From Antedon mediterranea (lineage: Eukaryota; Animalia; Echinodermata), in contig NC_092673.1 of assembly GCF_964355755.1 (NCBI RefSeq), positions 3,844,001-3,908,000 on the forward strand: DNA of 64,000 bases. The letters run 5' to 3'. Below the pieces are notes generated by a model. That model ran no database searches, was not told the origin of the DNA, and saw nothing but the letters and a program-made list of their open reading frames with translations. The position numbers and the translations under genes are program-made. Positions 1 through 12,950 of the stretch are shown piece after piece. Within the stretch, counting starts at the first letter, position 1. Each line of letters opens with the position of its first letter.

Positions 1-505
1 AAAAATTATAACTATAAAGATATCTGTGAATCAATAAATTATAATATATTTGCGTAACATTCAAGATTTAGAATACAGGGTTTATTTTTCCCTCTACTAT
101 CTTTTTAGATCAAGCCTTGATTTTCAAATGATCTTATACTGTACTGTTCGCTTCTGTTCCATTAAAACAATTGCAAGTTACATATTTTTATTACAAGCAA
201 AATTTAGAATTATTAATAATTTAGTTGGAAGCAAAATATGACTATTGAATAAAGACCCACAGGGCCAAAAATTTGAGGATTTTTTCCAGTGGCTATAACT
301 GCTTGCTTTTCATTAATTCTGTTGTAGATACAGTATAGGAATTTGTTTACAGTGAATTGAAATAAGTAAGAAACGAAACAAGTTTTCCACCCTCTCCCCA
401 CCTACTTAAATAACCCTGGTGATGCCCATATTTACAACCTAACGCATAATGTTCATACGCACTGGTCACTAGAACAATACAAGAAAACACAGAAATCTGA
501 CATCT

Positions 506-1032
506 ATAACAGGGATCATCACTGGAACATGTATATCTCATTTCAAAAAGCACTCCCACAAATGTACAAACGTTTGACAAATAGTCAATACTGTTAATGT
601 ACAGGAATGTTATTGATGACTTAGTATGTAGCAAGGTGCAGTAAATGAAATTCATTTAGAGTCCTTCTTTTTTGGTATTATGATAACAGGGATCGTCACT
701 GGGACATCTCATTTTAAAAAGCACTCCCACAAATGTACAAACGTTTGACAAATAGTCAATACTGTTAATGTACAGGAATTTTATTGATGACTAAAGCTTG
801 GTTCCCACTAGAACGTAACGCAAGGACGTAAACGCAACGCAAGCGTTTTAACCAATGACAAGCGAAGTTATAGACAGTTGCAATCACAAGCGAATAAGCC
901 ATCGCTTGTGATTGGTCAATTCACTTGCGTTGCGTTACGTCCTTGTGTTGCGTCGCTAGTGGGAACCACGCTTTAGTATGTAGTAAGGTGCAGTAAATGA
1001 AATTCATTTATAGTCCTTTTTTTTTTTATTAT
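506..1032. repeat. 177-bp tandem duplication; the second unit carries MITE B
   Basis: ataacagggatc...aaaaagcactcccacaaatgtacaaacg...gtgcagtaaatgaaattcattta starts at 506 and 683. Confidence 0.85.
795..972. mobile_element. Harbinger-type MITE family B (about 179 bp)
   Basis: TIR AGC(T/G)TGGTTCCCACTAG with TWA flanks; near-identical inverted copy at 30374-30552. Confidence 0.85.
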
Positions 1033-1938
1033 AGTGATTTGTATAAATTTTGATTACAGTAGATAAAACATAGAATAATGTAATTCATTGATAATGTACT
1101 ACTGATGTTAAGCTATACAATGTATTTAATACGTTTTAAAGTTTAATAATGTACTTTACAAAATCCACATGTTTGCTGAGGTGTCTATGAACTAATAAAA
1201 GAAATAATATATAGATAAATAGATAAATTTGTTGTTACTTATTTCTTTAGTTGAACTGCAAGCAGGATTTGAACCTCCAACTTCTCACTATCAAGGCGAG
1301 GTTGCTAACTATTAATTACCCAAAATGCTCTACATAAATAAGAGTAGAGGAGTAACATATGATTTGAACCCAGGCTTCTGGTATTAATAAGCATGCAGCA
1401 TAACCACAAAGCTGCAATGCGCCACACTCCAATATTTCATTGAATCAATATAAAATCAAATCTTTGCTGTGATTGGCAAGTTGTTACGGTTCACTCCTGA
1501 AACTTAGGTTGACCCTGGTCTCCCCAATTTCAGTTTTTTTTTGTTATGTATATACTCAAATAGACCAAATAAATAATGAAATGAAAACCAAATCTTAAGC
1601 CAGACATTACTAATAAAAATACAAAATGACACTTTGTAACTCACTCACTAAAGTAAAGCTTTTTATTTTTAATTGCAAAACAGAAAAAAAAATCATTGAC
1701 AAAACTACGGACTTAAATATTATACTAAATTGTTATTACACGACTAGGAAATGTCTTTTAAAAATCATAAAATTATATTATTTAACAACCAAGGTAATTA
1801 TTCATTGGAATCATCTAACTTATTAACTAAAATATTCATTCTTAGATTCAAATGTTTAGAGCAAGTGAATATCTTTATTATGTTTTTAAATCAAAGTGCA
1901 AAATTAACTTCACATTTGCATAGACAATCTACTCCTAA

Positions 1939-2039
1939 GGCCTGGTCTACACTATGAAACTTTATGTGACAAAAAAATGTGATGTCATATCACTACCATA
2001 TTTGAGCACATCAAATAGTTTGATAGTGTAGACAGAGCT
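1939..2039. mobile_element. MITE family A copy (internally deleted)
   Basis: Same TIRs (left one diverged); TAA/TAA flanks. Confidence 0.75.
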
Positions 2040-3245
2040 TAAAATGTGAAGCTGGTTTCTCTTCTATAAATAACGAAAGGCTCAAATAAATTAATAATTG
2101 CTCTTTAAAAAATTATTATCAAGTTCATTATTAAAATAAAAAATTTATAAAAATGTCTTGTATTTCATTACTAGAAATGATTTATTTTTAATTCAATTAA
2201 ATTCTAAATATTTATGCTTATAGGAATGTTAAAACACTAACAATATTCTTTTTTACCTTGATACAAATTACAAAAATTTACTACAAATATATTATATGAG
2301 GAAATGCGCTTACAATGCACATACTTTTAAAAACGTGACGCAGTCATGTTAGGATTCAGTATTTCATTGTTTATTAAGTCGTCATCATTTCTGATGAATC
2401 CCACCATGACGGCATTGTTTAGTGTGCTTTAACCTTTCTTAGCAGAAATATAAACTGGTTTAAGATATTCCTCTGGTAACGGTATAAATTGTTTTCTGAA
2501 ACACCTGGGCATGAACCATAGCTCCATGTATATTAACTATTGCTACAATTTCAAGGCATATTTAATACAGCCTTTTATATACCATTGTTTCAATAAAGAC
2601 TCACTGTACCACAATTATGGCCTTCAAAAACAGTAATTATTTTATAATAATTATAAGAGGTATTATTAGTACATATATATACTCTTATAACATATGATTT
2701 TGAAGTCAAGTTATCCATTTAGCTAACTTTTTCAATTGTTTTAATGTGATAGCATTTGTCTTATTGCTTATGGAACATATCAAAGGAATGAATAATGTGG
2801 AATTTCAATGCTACTGGAGTTATAATAATCAGCCACTACACTACTATAATTTGGTTTAAATCCATTATGTAAAATTATTACATAATTATTATATATTAAG
2901 AGACATGTTTTTATATTATTCTACACGTAAGTGTATTATATTGATTTCCAAGCACTAATAATGTCACGTATATTTTTCAAGAAATGTTAATAGCTGCTGA
3001 TGCATAAAAGATGTTTTAAGATCTACTCGCAGTGAAAGCATTTTACATGGGTTAAAACAACTAACATTTTAACAATTAACATTTTACAGTATTATAGAGG
3101 AAGCTTTGATATTTGGGACACAGTCCTTTGCTCACATCTATTATATAATGGATTAAGTAATTCAGAACAGACATAGGAACACAGATGTACAGTGTGTGTA
3201 AATACACTCACTGTTTTACTCCACTGGCCCTATGTTTTCTTTCAT

Positions 3246-6200
3246 TTAGAAAAGATCCTTTCCCTTGAATTCGCTGAGTGCTTGGACTGGGTTGATTTTT
3301 GCCTTCTTGTTTCCACGACGGACGTTTGATTGCGAGTTCTCGAGATTCTTCTTTTGGACGAGGGGTTTCTTTTCAGGAGGTCGGATCTTCCAGCTCACAA
3401 TTGGCGACTAAATAAAATCAAATAAATTATAAACCAATTATTAATACAGTTGACTCTCTGAAAACCTAAAACTCTCACAAAACCAGACTTTTCTTTTGAG
3501 GTCTAAAAGGTCCCAAATTCATTTTTACCATTAAATACATTCTGAATACCGGACTATCCAGAAAACCAGACATATTAGGCCAGCTTAAAGGTGACCAGTA
3601 TTGAGAGAGTATATTCAGCCGAACGGGTGCCGTTTGGTGGCAGCACTCAACACGGAGGGACCCTTAGGGGAGTACAAAGCTGTGGTATATGTCGTCCACA
3701 CCTGTGCGCTCAAGTTTTCTTTAATTGGAGGAAGGCAAGTACTCACATTGATTGAACTTTTTCCCTTTAGACGGTTGTATTTCGTTGATGCTACATACGA
3801 CGCCTTCACTGTCTGTACTACAGCAGTCATCAAATTTTTAGCTGCCGTGATTAAAGACGAAGCACTGTCTAACTAAAAACATAATCAAACAAAATAAATA
3901 AACTATTTTACCTCCCTTCTCCATTGAAAAAAAAATCTTGGAATAATAAATGTACAACAAAAAGGTTGACGTTTGTGTAGAAAATGCATATAGTTTTCTT
4001 TCAAGGGTATATATGTCGATATATGACCACATCACATTTGTAACATAAAGTTTGATAGTGTAGACAGAGCTTTAGATTTAAAAAATGCTATTATGTTGCT
4101 GCTATAGGGCCAGGACTTGAATATATAACTCTGGGATTGGTAACATGTTTATATAAGCTTGGAGTTTTTTTTCTTTTTCTGAATTTGAAATTTTTTGAAG
4201 AAATTGAAAAAAAAAATGACTTACTCCTGAGAGCACCAGTTCACCACTGACATTTTGTACCTCTGCTTTCACCTTACTGGTGATGTTTAGCTGATGGCAG
4301 TAGAGAGTGATCTTCTGAAGATACGAGACAAGGTCAGTCTTTGATGATGAATCTGGGCACTGATCAGCGATGGCTCTTGCTAGGTTGTCTAGCTTGTTAC
4401 CAAAGTCTGCGATCTTTTTGGCGGCTTTGATCACGTCCATGGTGTTCTTTAAAGGTCCATGGCCACTGTTAAATAAGTAAATTAATGATATTATTTATGG
4501 CGACGTTAGGCAAACTGTGGGCGAACATTTGTGAAGGGCTGTGGGGTGGCTTAAAAAATTGTGGAAAAAAAACAAATGATGATTTATCGTCGTAAGCGCC
4601 TTTATTATAACATGGTTTGATGAAATTGTTTTATATGCAGCTTGTTACCCTCCAAAAAATACAATACCATTCACAGGGACCTACAGGTCCATATTCCTAA
4701 AATGTTCTTATACCTCAGCTCCAACCATGGTGGATGGGGTGAGGTGGCGGACTCTTGTATATGTGCGGCTAAAGTTTTGATCGCCGCAATGCAATGTCAA
4801 ATTCTGACATGTCTCGTGTGCGTTATAAAGGGAAAACCCCAGGACTGTGCTGAATATTATTTCCACAATTTTCTTAACTCAGCCCCAACAATGGTGTTCT
4901 GAATAGTCTAAATATTAAATCATTACACCTTAATGTGGTATAGTAAAAAAGGTCTTGCACATGCGCAACATATACAAAATTAATACACCCTTATTCTCAC
5001 ATACCGCGTAAAGTCTGTCATTTCCATCATAATCATACACATTTTCTTGGCTAGAATAATGATGTCATTGCCGCTGTCGTCCCATTTTGCCATTTCTTGA
5101 TCCAACTTTGCCTTTTCAACTTTGAACTCTTCAACTTGTTCTTCGATCTTTTCTCTCTCTTCTTGTGGCAGCTGTCTCATTTGGCTCTAAAGATTAAAAG
5201 CAAAAGAAAACTGTATAAAATTGTAGAAGTAGCTTCTTGGTTTAAATACATATATGGCTTAAATGCAACTAAAGCTCTGTCTACACTATCAAACTAGATT
5301 GATATGGTAGTGATATGCTTAAATATGGTAGTGATATGACATCATTATGTCCATATATGGGCACATCACATCAAATTTGTGTCTTTGTTGTTTTTATTTA
5401 CTGAATATATTCTCAAAAGCACTGATAACTTTGAAACGTATTACAAAGTCCACCAACAAATTATAACATTTGTCCTCAAAATTAAACATTAACTTACTCT
5501 ACCAATATGGCCCTCTTCTAACTCCTCATCATTTGTTTGGTAGCTTGCTGAAATGATTAAAATATAATTATATATATTACAAAACAGAAATTGTATTTCT
5601 ATATTATATTTATATAATTAATAATGTTGACAATGCCCTGATTAAGGGCTAGAGTTGCCCGAAAGCTCTGGACATTTATCTGCTTGTTTTACTTTATCGT
5701 TTTGATTTAGCTTTTTGCCTATTTTATTTTGTATCTCCATTGAGATCCATCCACTGATACACACAGCATTGTCATTTTGTCAGTAATTTTCCTTTGGATA
5801 TATAACTAATAATTTTATTATTTAATACTTACATTTACTCTTCGTGTCATAGTCCTCCTCTTCTTCCATTTCTGACTCATCAAATATGTCTTCTGGGTTC
5901 TATAAACCAAATAAAATTCCATCAAAAATACTTTTTTTAGTTAGTTATAAACTACCAATAAACCTTTAATGCACTAAATCTTTCATTAAGTTTGGTTATT
6001 TAATTAGTTATTAGAATGGGGAATAGAGTAAACTTTTCATATACAGTCAACTCTCTTCATACCAGACACCTTTGGGTTGGGCAAATATGTCTGGTTTTCC
6101 AGAGAGTCTGGTATTCAGAATGTATTTAATGGTAAAAATGAATTTGGGACCTTTTGAACTTTGAGAAAAGTCTGGTTTGTAAGAGTTTCCAGAGAGTCCA

Positions 6201-9200
6201 GTATTGGGAGCGTTGACTGTACTAACAATTTGTAATAATTCTTCTTCTTTCATTAATTAGAATGTGTTATTTATTTATACTGGGCGACCTTAAGTTAGCT
6301 TTGTGTTTACTAGTACACTGGGGTAACCCCCTACTCGTCTCGAAAGATGTACTAGGTTCTTTAATGTGCACATGAGCTAGATGTGTACACTAGACCTCCG
6401 GTTTATAGTCCTAATCCGTGAAGACATGTTCTACCACCAGAACTATGGAGCGAGTGAACCTCGTCGATGTTATGGCTACGTAATTACGGTTCTACTTTTT
6501 TATCGCTCGGCTACTTAATTATATCCAGAATATTTTGTTAGATTTTAGGAGTAAACTAAATAAACAGAAGTTGATCATGACTAGACTTACTCTGTTCATG
6601 AGGACTGCTCTGCGAATATCACGGATGCCGTCATAAACCATTCGTGATGCATCAATGAATTCATTCTCATCAGGATCTTTCTGAGGATCTGCGCTCAACG
6701 CATCTACTGCTACTTCAACGCATTGTGCATAGACTGGGATTACTGTTGTAAAAAATAAAATTACCAAATTATTATGTGAAGGGATTGGCCTCTATTTCTC
6801 CTGAGAAAACTGTTTTGTAATACCGTGTCTCAATTAAAATCAGAATGTTAAGCTCTGTCTACACTATCAAACTTTATGTGACAAAAAAATGTGATGTGGC
6901 CATATATGAACATGAAATCAGTACCATATATTTAAACATATCACTATCATATTTGGACACATCAACATTTTTTTGTCACATAAAGTTTGATAGTGTAGAC
7001 AGAGCTTTAGAAGGGAAGATGAAACTTTCACAAGTTGTACATTAGAATTTTGAACTGCAACTAAAACACAATATATTTTCAATAACTCACCGTCTTCTCT
7101 CATAATATTGATAGCTTCTTTAACTTTCTCTGTGTACAAGCCAGCTTCATACATGCCCATCTCGATCTCAACAACATTACACACACGTGCGCAGCGCCCT
7201 CTGATGGCACCAGCGACACGATCTAGTGTTCCGACGTCACCTTCTTGAAGCGCAACAACACACTTGTTAACGTCTTCCAGAATATGTCCCTCTGAGAAAC
7301 AAAATATAAAGCATTAGGATAATAAATAGTAAAAATAACGTTAAACGGTTAAGCTCTGTCTGCATTATAAAAACTAGTCTGATGTGCCCAGATATAGTAG
7401 TGATATGACATCATACATACAACATATATCATCGCTACCATATATGGGCACATCACATTTTTTTTATCATACTAGTTTGATAGTGTAGACAGAGCTTTAG
7501 ACAACCAATAATAAACATTTTACCTGATACAGCCAGGAAATCATCAATAGTTGTGATGTCATCAACTGCTTCTGTTAACACCTTAACTTGAGATTCCCAC
7601 TGCTGTTTGAAAGCGTCCATGTTGCTGAGGGCAGCCTTGCTACGAGGGCGTGCCGCAAGGGTACGGGCCGCATTTATGACCTAACAAAATCAAATCGAAT
7701 TATGAATCTTCCAGAAACTCTAATATCTAGTTGAACGGAAACTCCAAACTACTGAGAGACTGGCATGGTATATGTTAACATTAAAATATGTTTCTTTCAA
7801 CATACCTGTGCACAAAGTGTTTCAATTTGGTAAGCTGCAAGTCGGACCATCTTTACACCTTCTTCATCATTTGACATAGAACAGGCAAGATTAGCAACCT
7901 GAAAAACAATTAAATAACAAATTAAATAATAACTCCAGTTATAGGGCCCCCACTTATGTGGTTGTGTTCATGTGTATTTTATAGTTTTTGTTAGGATAAT
8001 CTGTGTCAAACAAGCCTAACATGCACATTACTGTAATGCATCCTCTATCCATCCATTTTCCACAAGGACACTTCTTAACCTCTGTCTACACTATTAAACT
8101 AATTTGACAAAAAAAAGTATGATGTGCCCATATATGGACATGATGATGTCATATCACTACCATATTTAAGCACATCACTATCATATTTGGGCTCATCACA
8201 CTTTTTTTGTCAAATTATTTTTATAGTGTAGACAAAGCTTAAGCCATCAGAGACTATACTATTCAAATTTGTAATCCATTATTCTCTTTTGGCATTTCCA
8301 ATTGTATTCATTTACCTCCACAAGTTTGCCAGCATGTTCGGCAAACACGCCTGCGTATTCCTCGACTTCAACTTCGTTGCCGCTCTTAGCTGCCTCAATC
8401 AGGATCAAAAGAGGAATGCTAGTCTCCAAGAAGGAGTCAGAAACATGGTCAGACACAGCCTTACGCAACTGTAAAACAAAAGCAATTAAAATATAGAATT
8501 TCATGCCTCTACAATAGTATCTTAATATCGCACCTATAAGAAATTATATACAGTCAACTCTCCCAATTCCTTTGGGCTGGCCAAATGTGTCTGGTTTTCT
8601 GGAAAGTCTGGTATTCGGAATGTGTTTTTAATGGTAAAAATGAATTTGGGACTGTTTGGACATCAATAAAAGTCTGGTTTTGGGAGAGTTTCTGGTTTTC
8701 AGAGAGTCCGGTATTGGAGGAGTTGACTGTATAATGCCAAGATGTGGATATTTCATACCTGTCTTCGCAAATCCTTTGTCTTTGATGTCATGTGATCAAT
8801 AGCAGCATCCAATGGTTCAGATCTTCCATCTTTACCACTCTTGGCCTGTCAAGAAAAAGTAAATAAAAAGATCAATACTTCTTCTATCTAATTTGATTAA
8901 AATATGCTCATGTATAACTAAAAAAGAAGTAGGAAAATTCTCTAAAATTGTAACAGTTAACAAATAATAGATTACCGCATTCATATACTCAGACAACAGA
9001 TCTTGCAGAGCCTGTCTGACGGCGTTACATTCTTGAACGATGCGATCTTTACGATCATCACGAGTACACGAAGAATCAGCCATGAGGGCAGCACCACTGA
9101 TGATACTCTCCAGACGCTCCTCTAGTGATGGACGCGTGCGTATTTCGTTGTATTCTCCTGGATTCATCATGATTCTTCGCTGTAAATGAACAATTACTTC

Positions 9201-12087
9201 AACTATTTAATCATTTGCCTTTTATAAATTCAATATATGCAAAATTTAGTTTATTTTTTAAGTTATTTTTTAAAATGATCCATTAGGTATATGCCAACAG
9301 TTCCAGGCATAATTCAAGCTAAAAACTCTGTCTTCACTATAAAACTAGTTTGACAAAAAATGCTCAAATATGGTAGTGATATACCCATATATGGTAGTGA
9401 TATGCCATCATCATGTCCATATATGGGCACATCACATTTTTTTTGTTACATAAAGTTTGATAGTGTAGACAGAGCTTAAGTCAGTACAAAGACTTACATC
9501 CAGTTCATCAATAGCTGAAATAAGCTCCCCAGCTCCTTCTAGATTTGGATTTGGTGCGGACTCGCCTTGAGCCTGGCTCACGTTGGAAATGGTGTTCATA
9601 GCCTCTTCCATTTGTTTGATGATGTAATCACGGTTATCTTTGGCAGCAGCTAAGTCTGGATGTTGTAACCAGGCCTAGGAAGAAAAGAAAACATAACACA
9701 ATTAGAGTTTATAATACAGCTGTCAACATCATCACATAGACCATAAATCAACTACTGTATACTGTAGCAATTAATAATAATTATTTTTATTACGATCGTT
9801 GTGTGACCATACCTGTGATGCAGTCAAAAGCATAGGCCCACCACGTTTAAGGTCAGCTCGGGCAGCAGCCATCTCATCGCGTCTACGTGGATCTTTCAAG
9901 TCCTACAAAGGTAAAGATGTGATTCGTTACTTATTTTCTGTGTACTTATATATCTCCAGCATTCTCATAAAAAATAGATGAAGTTTGCCTTTACTGAATG
10001 TAAACGTTGTTGTCGTGTTTTACTCACATTTTGACGTCTTGCTATCATGTTGTTTGCGTGTACAAGATCTCGGCCAAGTTTCTGGTAATTATTGAATAAG
10101 TCTTCCATGTTATTTGATTGTTTCAATCTCATTAGATCATCTTCAACCTGAAACAAAACAATAATACAAATATGTATCTACTCCAGAAACATTTATTGAA
10201 AGAAAAACGATGTTTTCCATTGCTCCCTAAATTTCAAATCCTTTTATGTCAGATGTCCATACTATAACTTACATTCCTGAGAACTTTTAGAAGCAGGTGA
10301 ACATCGACCATGTCAGCGAGGATTAGAAGACGCGTCACAGCAGACAACAGCGTGCGGGCAGCACGTACCATCACGCTACGTTTGACAGATGAGCAGGGAT
10401 CCTCGGCGAAATCAGATGCAGCAGGACGCATAGCATCACCTATAGAAAATAAGTAACAAAGAAAGAAAAGTTTCATTTTTTTGGACTTTTTTTCTGTTGC
10501 CTTGGTCAATTTGTTTTGTACAGTATGCTTTTCCCTGGTGTATTTAAAAATAACACTTTTTTTACACTTTTGTGTTAAACAGCGCATAGAGACTATTTGT
10601 ATTTTGTGCTATACAAATTTAAAACCATTAATCACCTGCTTTTCGGACTTCATCTACTGCACTAAGCATCTCTTCCATAACTTCTGGGTTTTCATTGGCT
10701 ATCTCCTCCCCTTTTACAATGAAAGCCTCAGTAGCATGATTGACAGCTGCTACCAGCACTCGTGCTTTCTTCGATCGTCCTTTTTTCTTGTTCGATGGCT
10801 TTGTATTCACCAAAGTTGTTACCTAAGATAATAAAATAAGAGCACTCGGTAAATAAATAATATAAATTATAATAAATGCTTTACCATTCGTTAGTGATGT
10901 TAAAAACTAGGTTGCCCCTTCTCGATATATGCCTTCATCATTTTTTGTACTGTATGTTAATTATGTATGGCATGTAATTACTATTACAAATGTGTTTATT
11001 TTGTAGAAATTGTTTCAGAATTTTTTTTTTCATCTAAAATGTAGACCTATTTGGTATTTTTTGTACGCCGTGGTTAGGATTCCGGCACCGGAACTCAACT
11101 GCCCACCGTTAGGGAATCCGACACGCTATTGCGCATGCCCAGAGCGAAGTAATTATAGCTTGCACTAGTGCGCGCCACAGACCGCACACCACACCGCACC
11201 GAGAGTCGGAGTGTTAACTAGGGATTTACTGTAGCCTAGTTAGTCGTCGGGCGAGCGAGCGAAGGATGAAACTTGGCCTAGGCCATACATGAATTAATAA
11301 TTAAAATACGACTACGCCACGCATTAAAATAATTATTATGATATTTATTTAATCAGATATATTTAAGAATCAGTCTATCTAAGAATTGTAATTCTGTAAT
11401 ATTAGACAGAGGAAGTATTAAGTTCGGAACGGGAGAAAAACACAGGCCTGCCCTAGTGTCATAAAGCTTGCGTATTTTAAGAAATGTACGAAAGTGAATA
11501 GCGTAGTAGCGTTGCGACCCCGACTTCCCGAAAAAGTTCTGTTTTTTTCACATCCGCGCGGCGGCTGTCAACAAATAAATCAACTTGTATTGCATGTTAT
11601 CATGTTATGTACAGTATAATGCGTTATATGAAATCTATTATTTTGTACTTGAAAAATCATAAAACTAGTCATGTAATTATAATTATTCATAATTATATGA
11701 AGTTTATAATATATGAATGAAGCAAACACTTTTTAAATTATGAAACGAAATAAATAGGCCCACTAGTCACATCTAGCTGGTAGAGGCCTACTAGTATTAT
11801 TTTAGTAGGCATCTAGGCTAGTTCGCCGTGGCGCAGCTATTAAATGATCCATCACCGTTAGAGTGTGATGGAGTCGCCGATTACCCCGCTCTGGGCATGC
11901 GCAATAGCGTGTCGGATTCCCTAACGCTGGGCAGTTCAGTTCCGGTGCCGGAATCCTAACCACGGCGTTTTTTGTATTTACTTACTTGAATGACCAGTGG
12001 CTCCAATGTCTTTTCCACTGAGTAGGTACGTATCTCCAAGTTCTTAGGATCCCATTTAACGGTTAAAGTCCCCAATACCCCAGTCAT
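3246..12087 (-). CDS. CTNNA: Alpha-catenin, 19 coding exons (11986-12087, 10636-10822, 10273-10439, 10028-10147, 9813-9902, 9498-9674, 8976-9179, 8759-8845, 8316-8468, 7806-7898, 7524-7680, 7091-7291, 6591-6742, 5833-5899, 5498-5547, 5005-5186, 4225-4465, 3747-3872, 3246-3407), about 905 aa
   Basis: The manually spliced GT-AG exons keep frame (2718 nt). Hallmark alpha-catenin peptides are present: KWDPKNLEIRT..VEKTLEPLV, ARTLLSAVTRLLILADMVDV, SLEERLESIISGAALMADSSCTRD, KWDDSGNDIIILAKKMCMIMMEMTDFTRG, LYCHQLNITSKVKAEVQN and VKASYVASTKY. An acceptor at 12092-12093 implies an upstream non-coding exon. Confidence 0.97.
3447..3610. mobile_element. Family C MITE copy, inverted and degraded, in the last alpha-catenin intron
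   Basis: Reverse-complement match to the family C body (ggtcccaaattcatttttaccattaaatacattctgaatacc). Confidence 0.7.
5632..5800 (+). mobile_element. Penelope-like element terminal-repeat remnant with a degenerate minimal hammerhead; related fragments at about 26590-26660 (-) and 57050-57133 (-)
   Basis: CTGATTAAGGGC-tagagtt-GCCCGAAAGCTC is followed by a T-rich tail whose reverse complement recurs twice elsewhere in the window. Confidence 0.55.
6044..6219. mobile_element. Tc1/mariner-type MITE family C
   Basis: TA|CAGTCAAC...GTTGACTG|TA termini with internal gtctggttttc repeats. Confidence 0.8.
6268..6515 (-). mobile_element. SINE family D copy (deleted, diverged)
   Basis: The reverse complement shares gccgagcgat, ggttctggtggtagaa, taaagaacctagtacatctttcgagacgagtagggggttacccc. 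Confidence 0.75.
6851..7006. mobile_element. PIF/Harbinger-type MITE family A (about 155 bp), reference copy; roughly 20 full or partial copies in the window
   Basis: TIR AGCTCTGTCTACACTATCAAACT, TTA TSD on both sides, and an internal duplicated catatcactaccatatttggg unit. Confidence 0.85.
7352..7496. mobile_element. MITE family A copy
   Basis: Same TIRs; TTA/TTA flanks. Confidence 0.8.
8078..8239. mobile_element. MITE family A copy
   Basis: Same TIRs and internal repeat. Confidence 0.8.
8551..8729. mobile_element. Tc1/mariner-type MITE family C copy
   Basis: TA|CAGTCAACTC...GAGTTGACTG|TA. Confidence 0.8.
9324..9476. mobile_element. MITE family A copy
   Basis: Same TIRs and internal repeat, opposite orientation. 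Confidence 0.8.
11066..11967. mobile_element. Mutator (MULE)-type MITE, about 80-bp TIRs, 9-bp TSD, in an alpha-catenin intron
   Basis: TIR cgccgtggttaggattccggcaccggaact...gcatgcccagagcg is mirrored at 11887-11967. TTTTTTGTA is present at both 11057-11065 and 11968-11976. Confidence 0.85.
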
Positions 12088-12093
12088 TTTCCT

Positions 12094-12950
12094 ACAAAAA
12101 TACAAATAATTATTATTATATTATTAAATGGTAAATTACTGTAGGCCTAGCCTAGTTGTACCTGTCTGTGCTGTAAGGTAACAATATCAATTATTGCAAT
12201 CAATATACCACCAATCTCAACAAATGGCTTTAATTGTATATAAAAAGATCCATTTATTATATAAAAACATGTAAACTAGGCTCCTAGTCTATATTGAATG
12301 GTGGGCGACCTAAATATTCTAGGCTAGAGGCCCTCTCCGGCCGACCAGGAGCGGCGGAATCAAACACCTTCCAGCAAGCCAGCCAGGCTAGGCCAGTCGT
12401 CGACAACATAATACATTTCACCATCTTGCCCTATATGATATAACACCTAAATGACAAAATTATACAATTATATTATTACTTTTAATGAATACGAATTTTC
12501 TACTTTAAAATATTTTAAAAACTCACAAGATTATAACGTTTTGCTTCTTGAAAATAGGGAGTTTCTTCTTTACATTTACTTCCGGTTGTTTAACATTCAC
12601 CTCAAAATTCCGATCGGATTGGTAAGCGTTTGGTAATTAAAACTAATCACATCCCTCCCCCTGTTTAGACTTTGCTAACATTTTAAATGTAAGTTAAAAT
12701 TAACTAATATATATATTAAAGAAATATACAAATTATTAAATATATCATATATTATTAAAAAATAAATCTGATATTTTATCTTTGTACTTATGAATCGTAA
12801 ACAAGTATATTTACATATCAATGGGGGATAGGCGTTATTAAATGTAAGAGCACATTGTTTTTAAATAAACAGGATATAGAGGGCGTGCTGTTTAATAATG
12901 TAAACAAAAAAAAAAACAAAAAAAACAAAGTCACATGTTGATGATGAGCA
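12094..12950. promoter_or_regulatory. Divergent (bidirectional) promoter region, alpha-catenin / MAN2B2
   Basis: The start codons are 864 bp apart on opposite strands. There is a CpG-containing patch near 12300-12400, an ETS-like ACTTCCGG near 12578, ATTGG near 12618 and AGAGGGCGT at 12878. Confidence 0.6.

Noticed and set aside
3246-12087. Nested LRRTM-like gene as found in vertebrate CTNNA loci
   Set aside because: All introns are under 1.2 kb and no LRR ORF is present.
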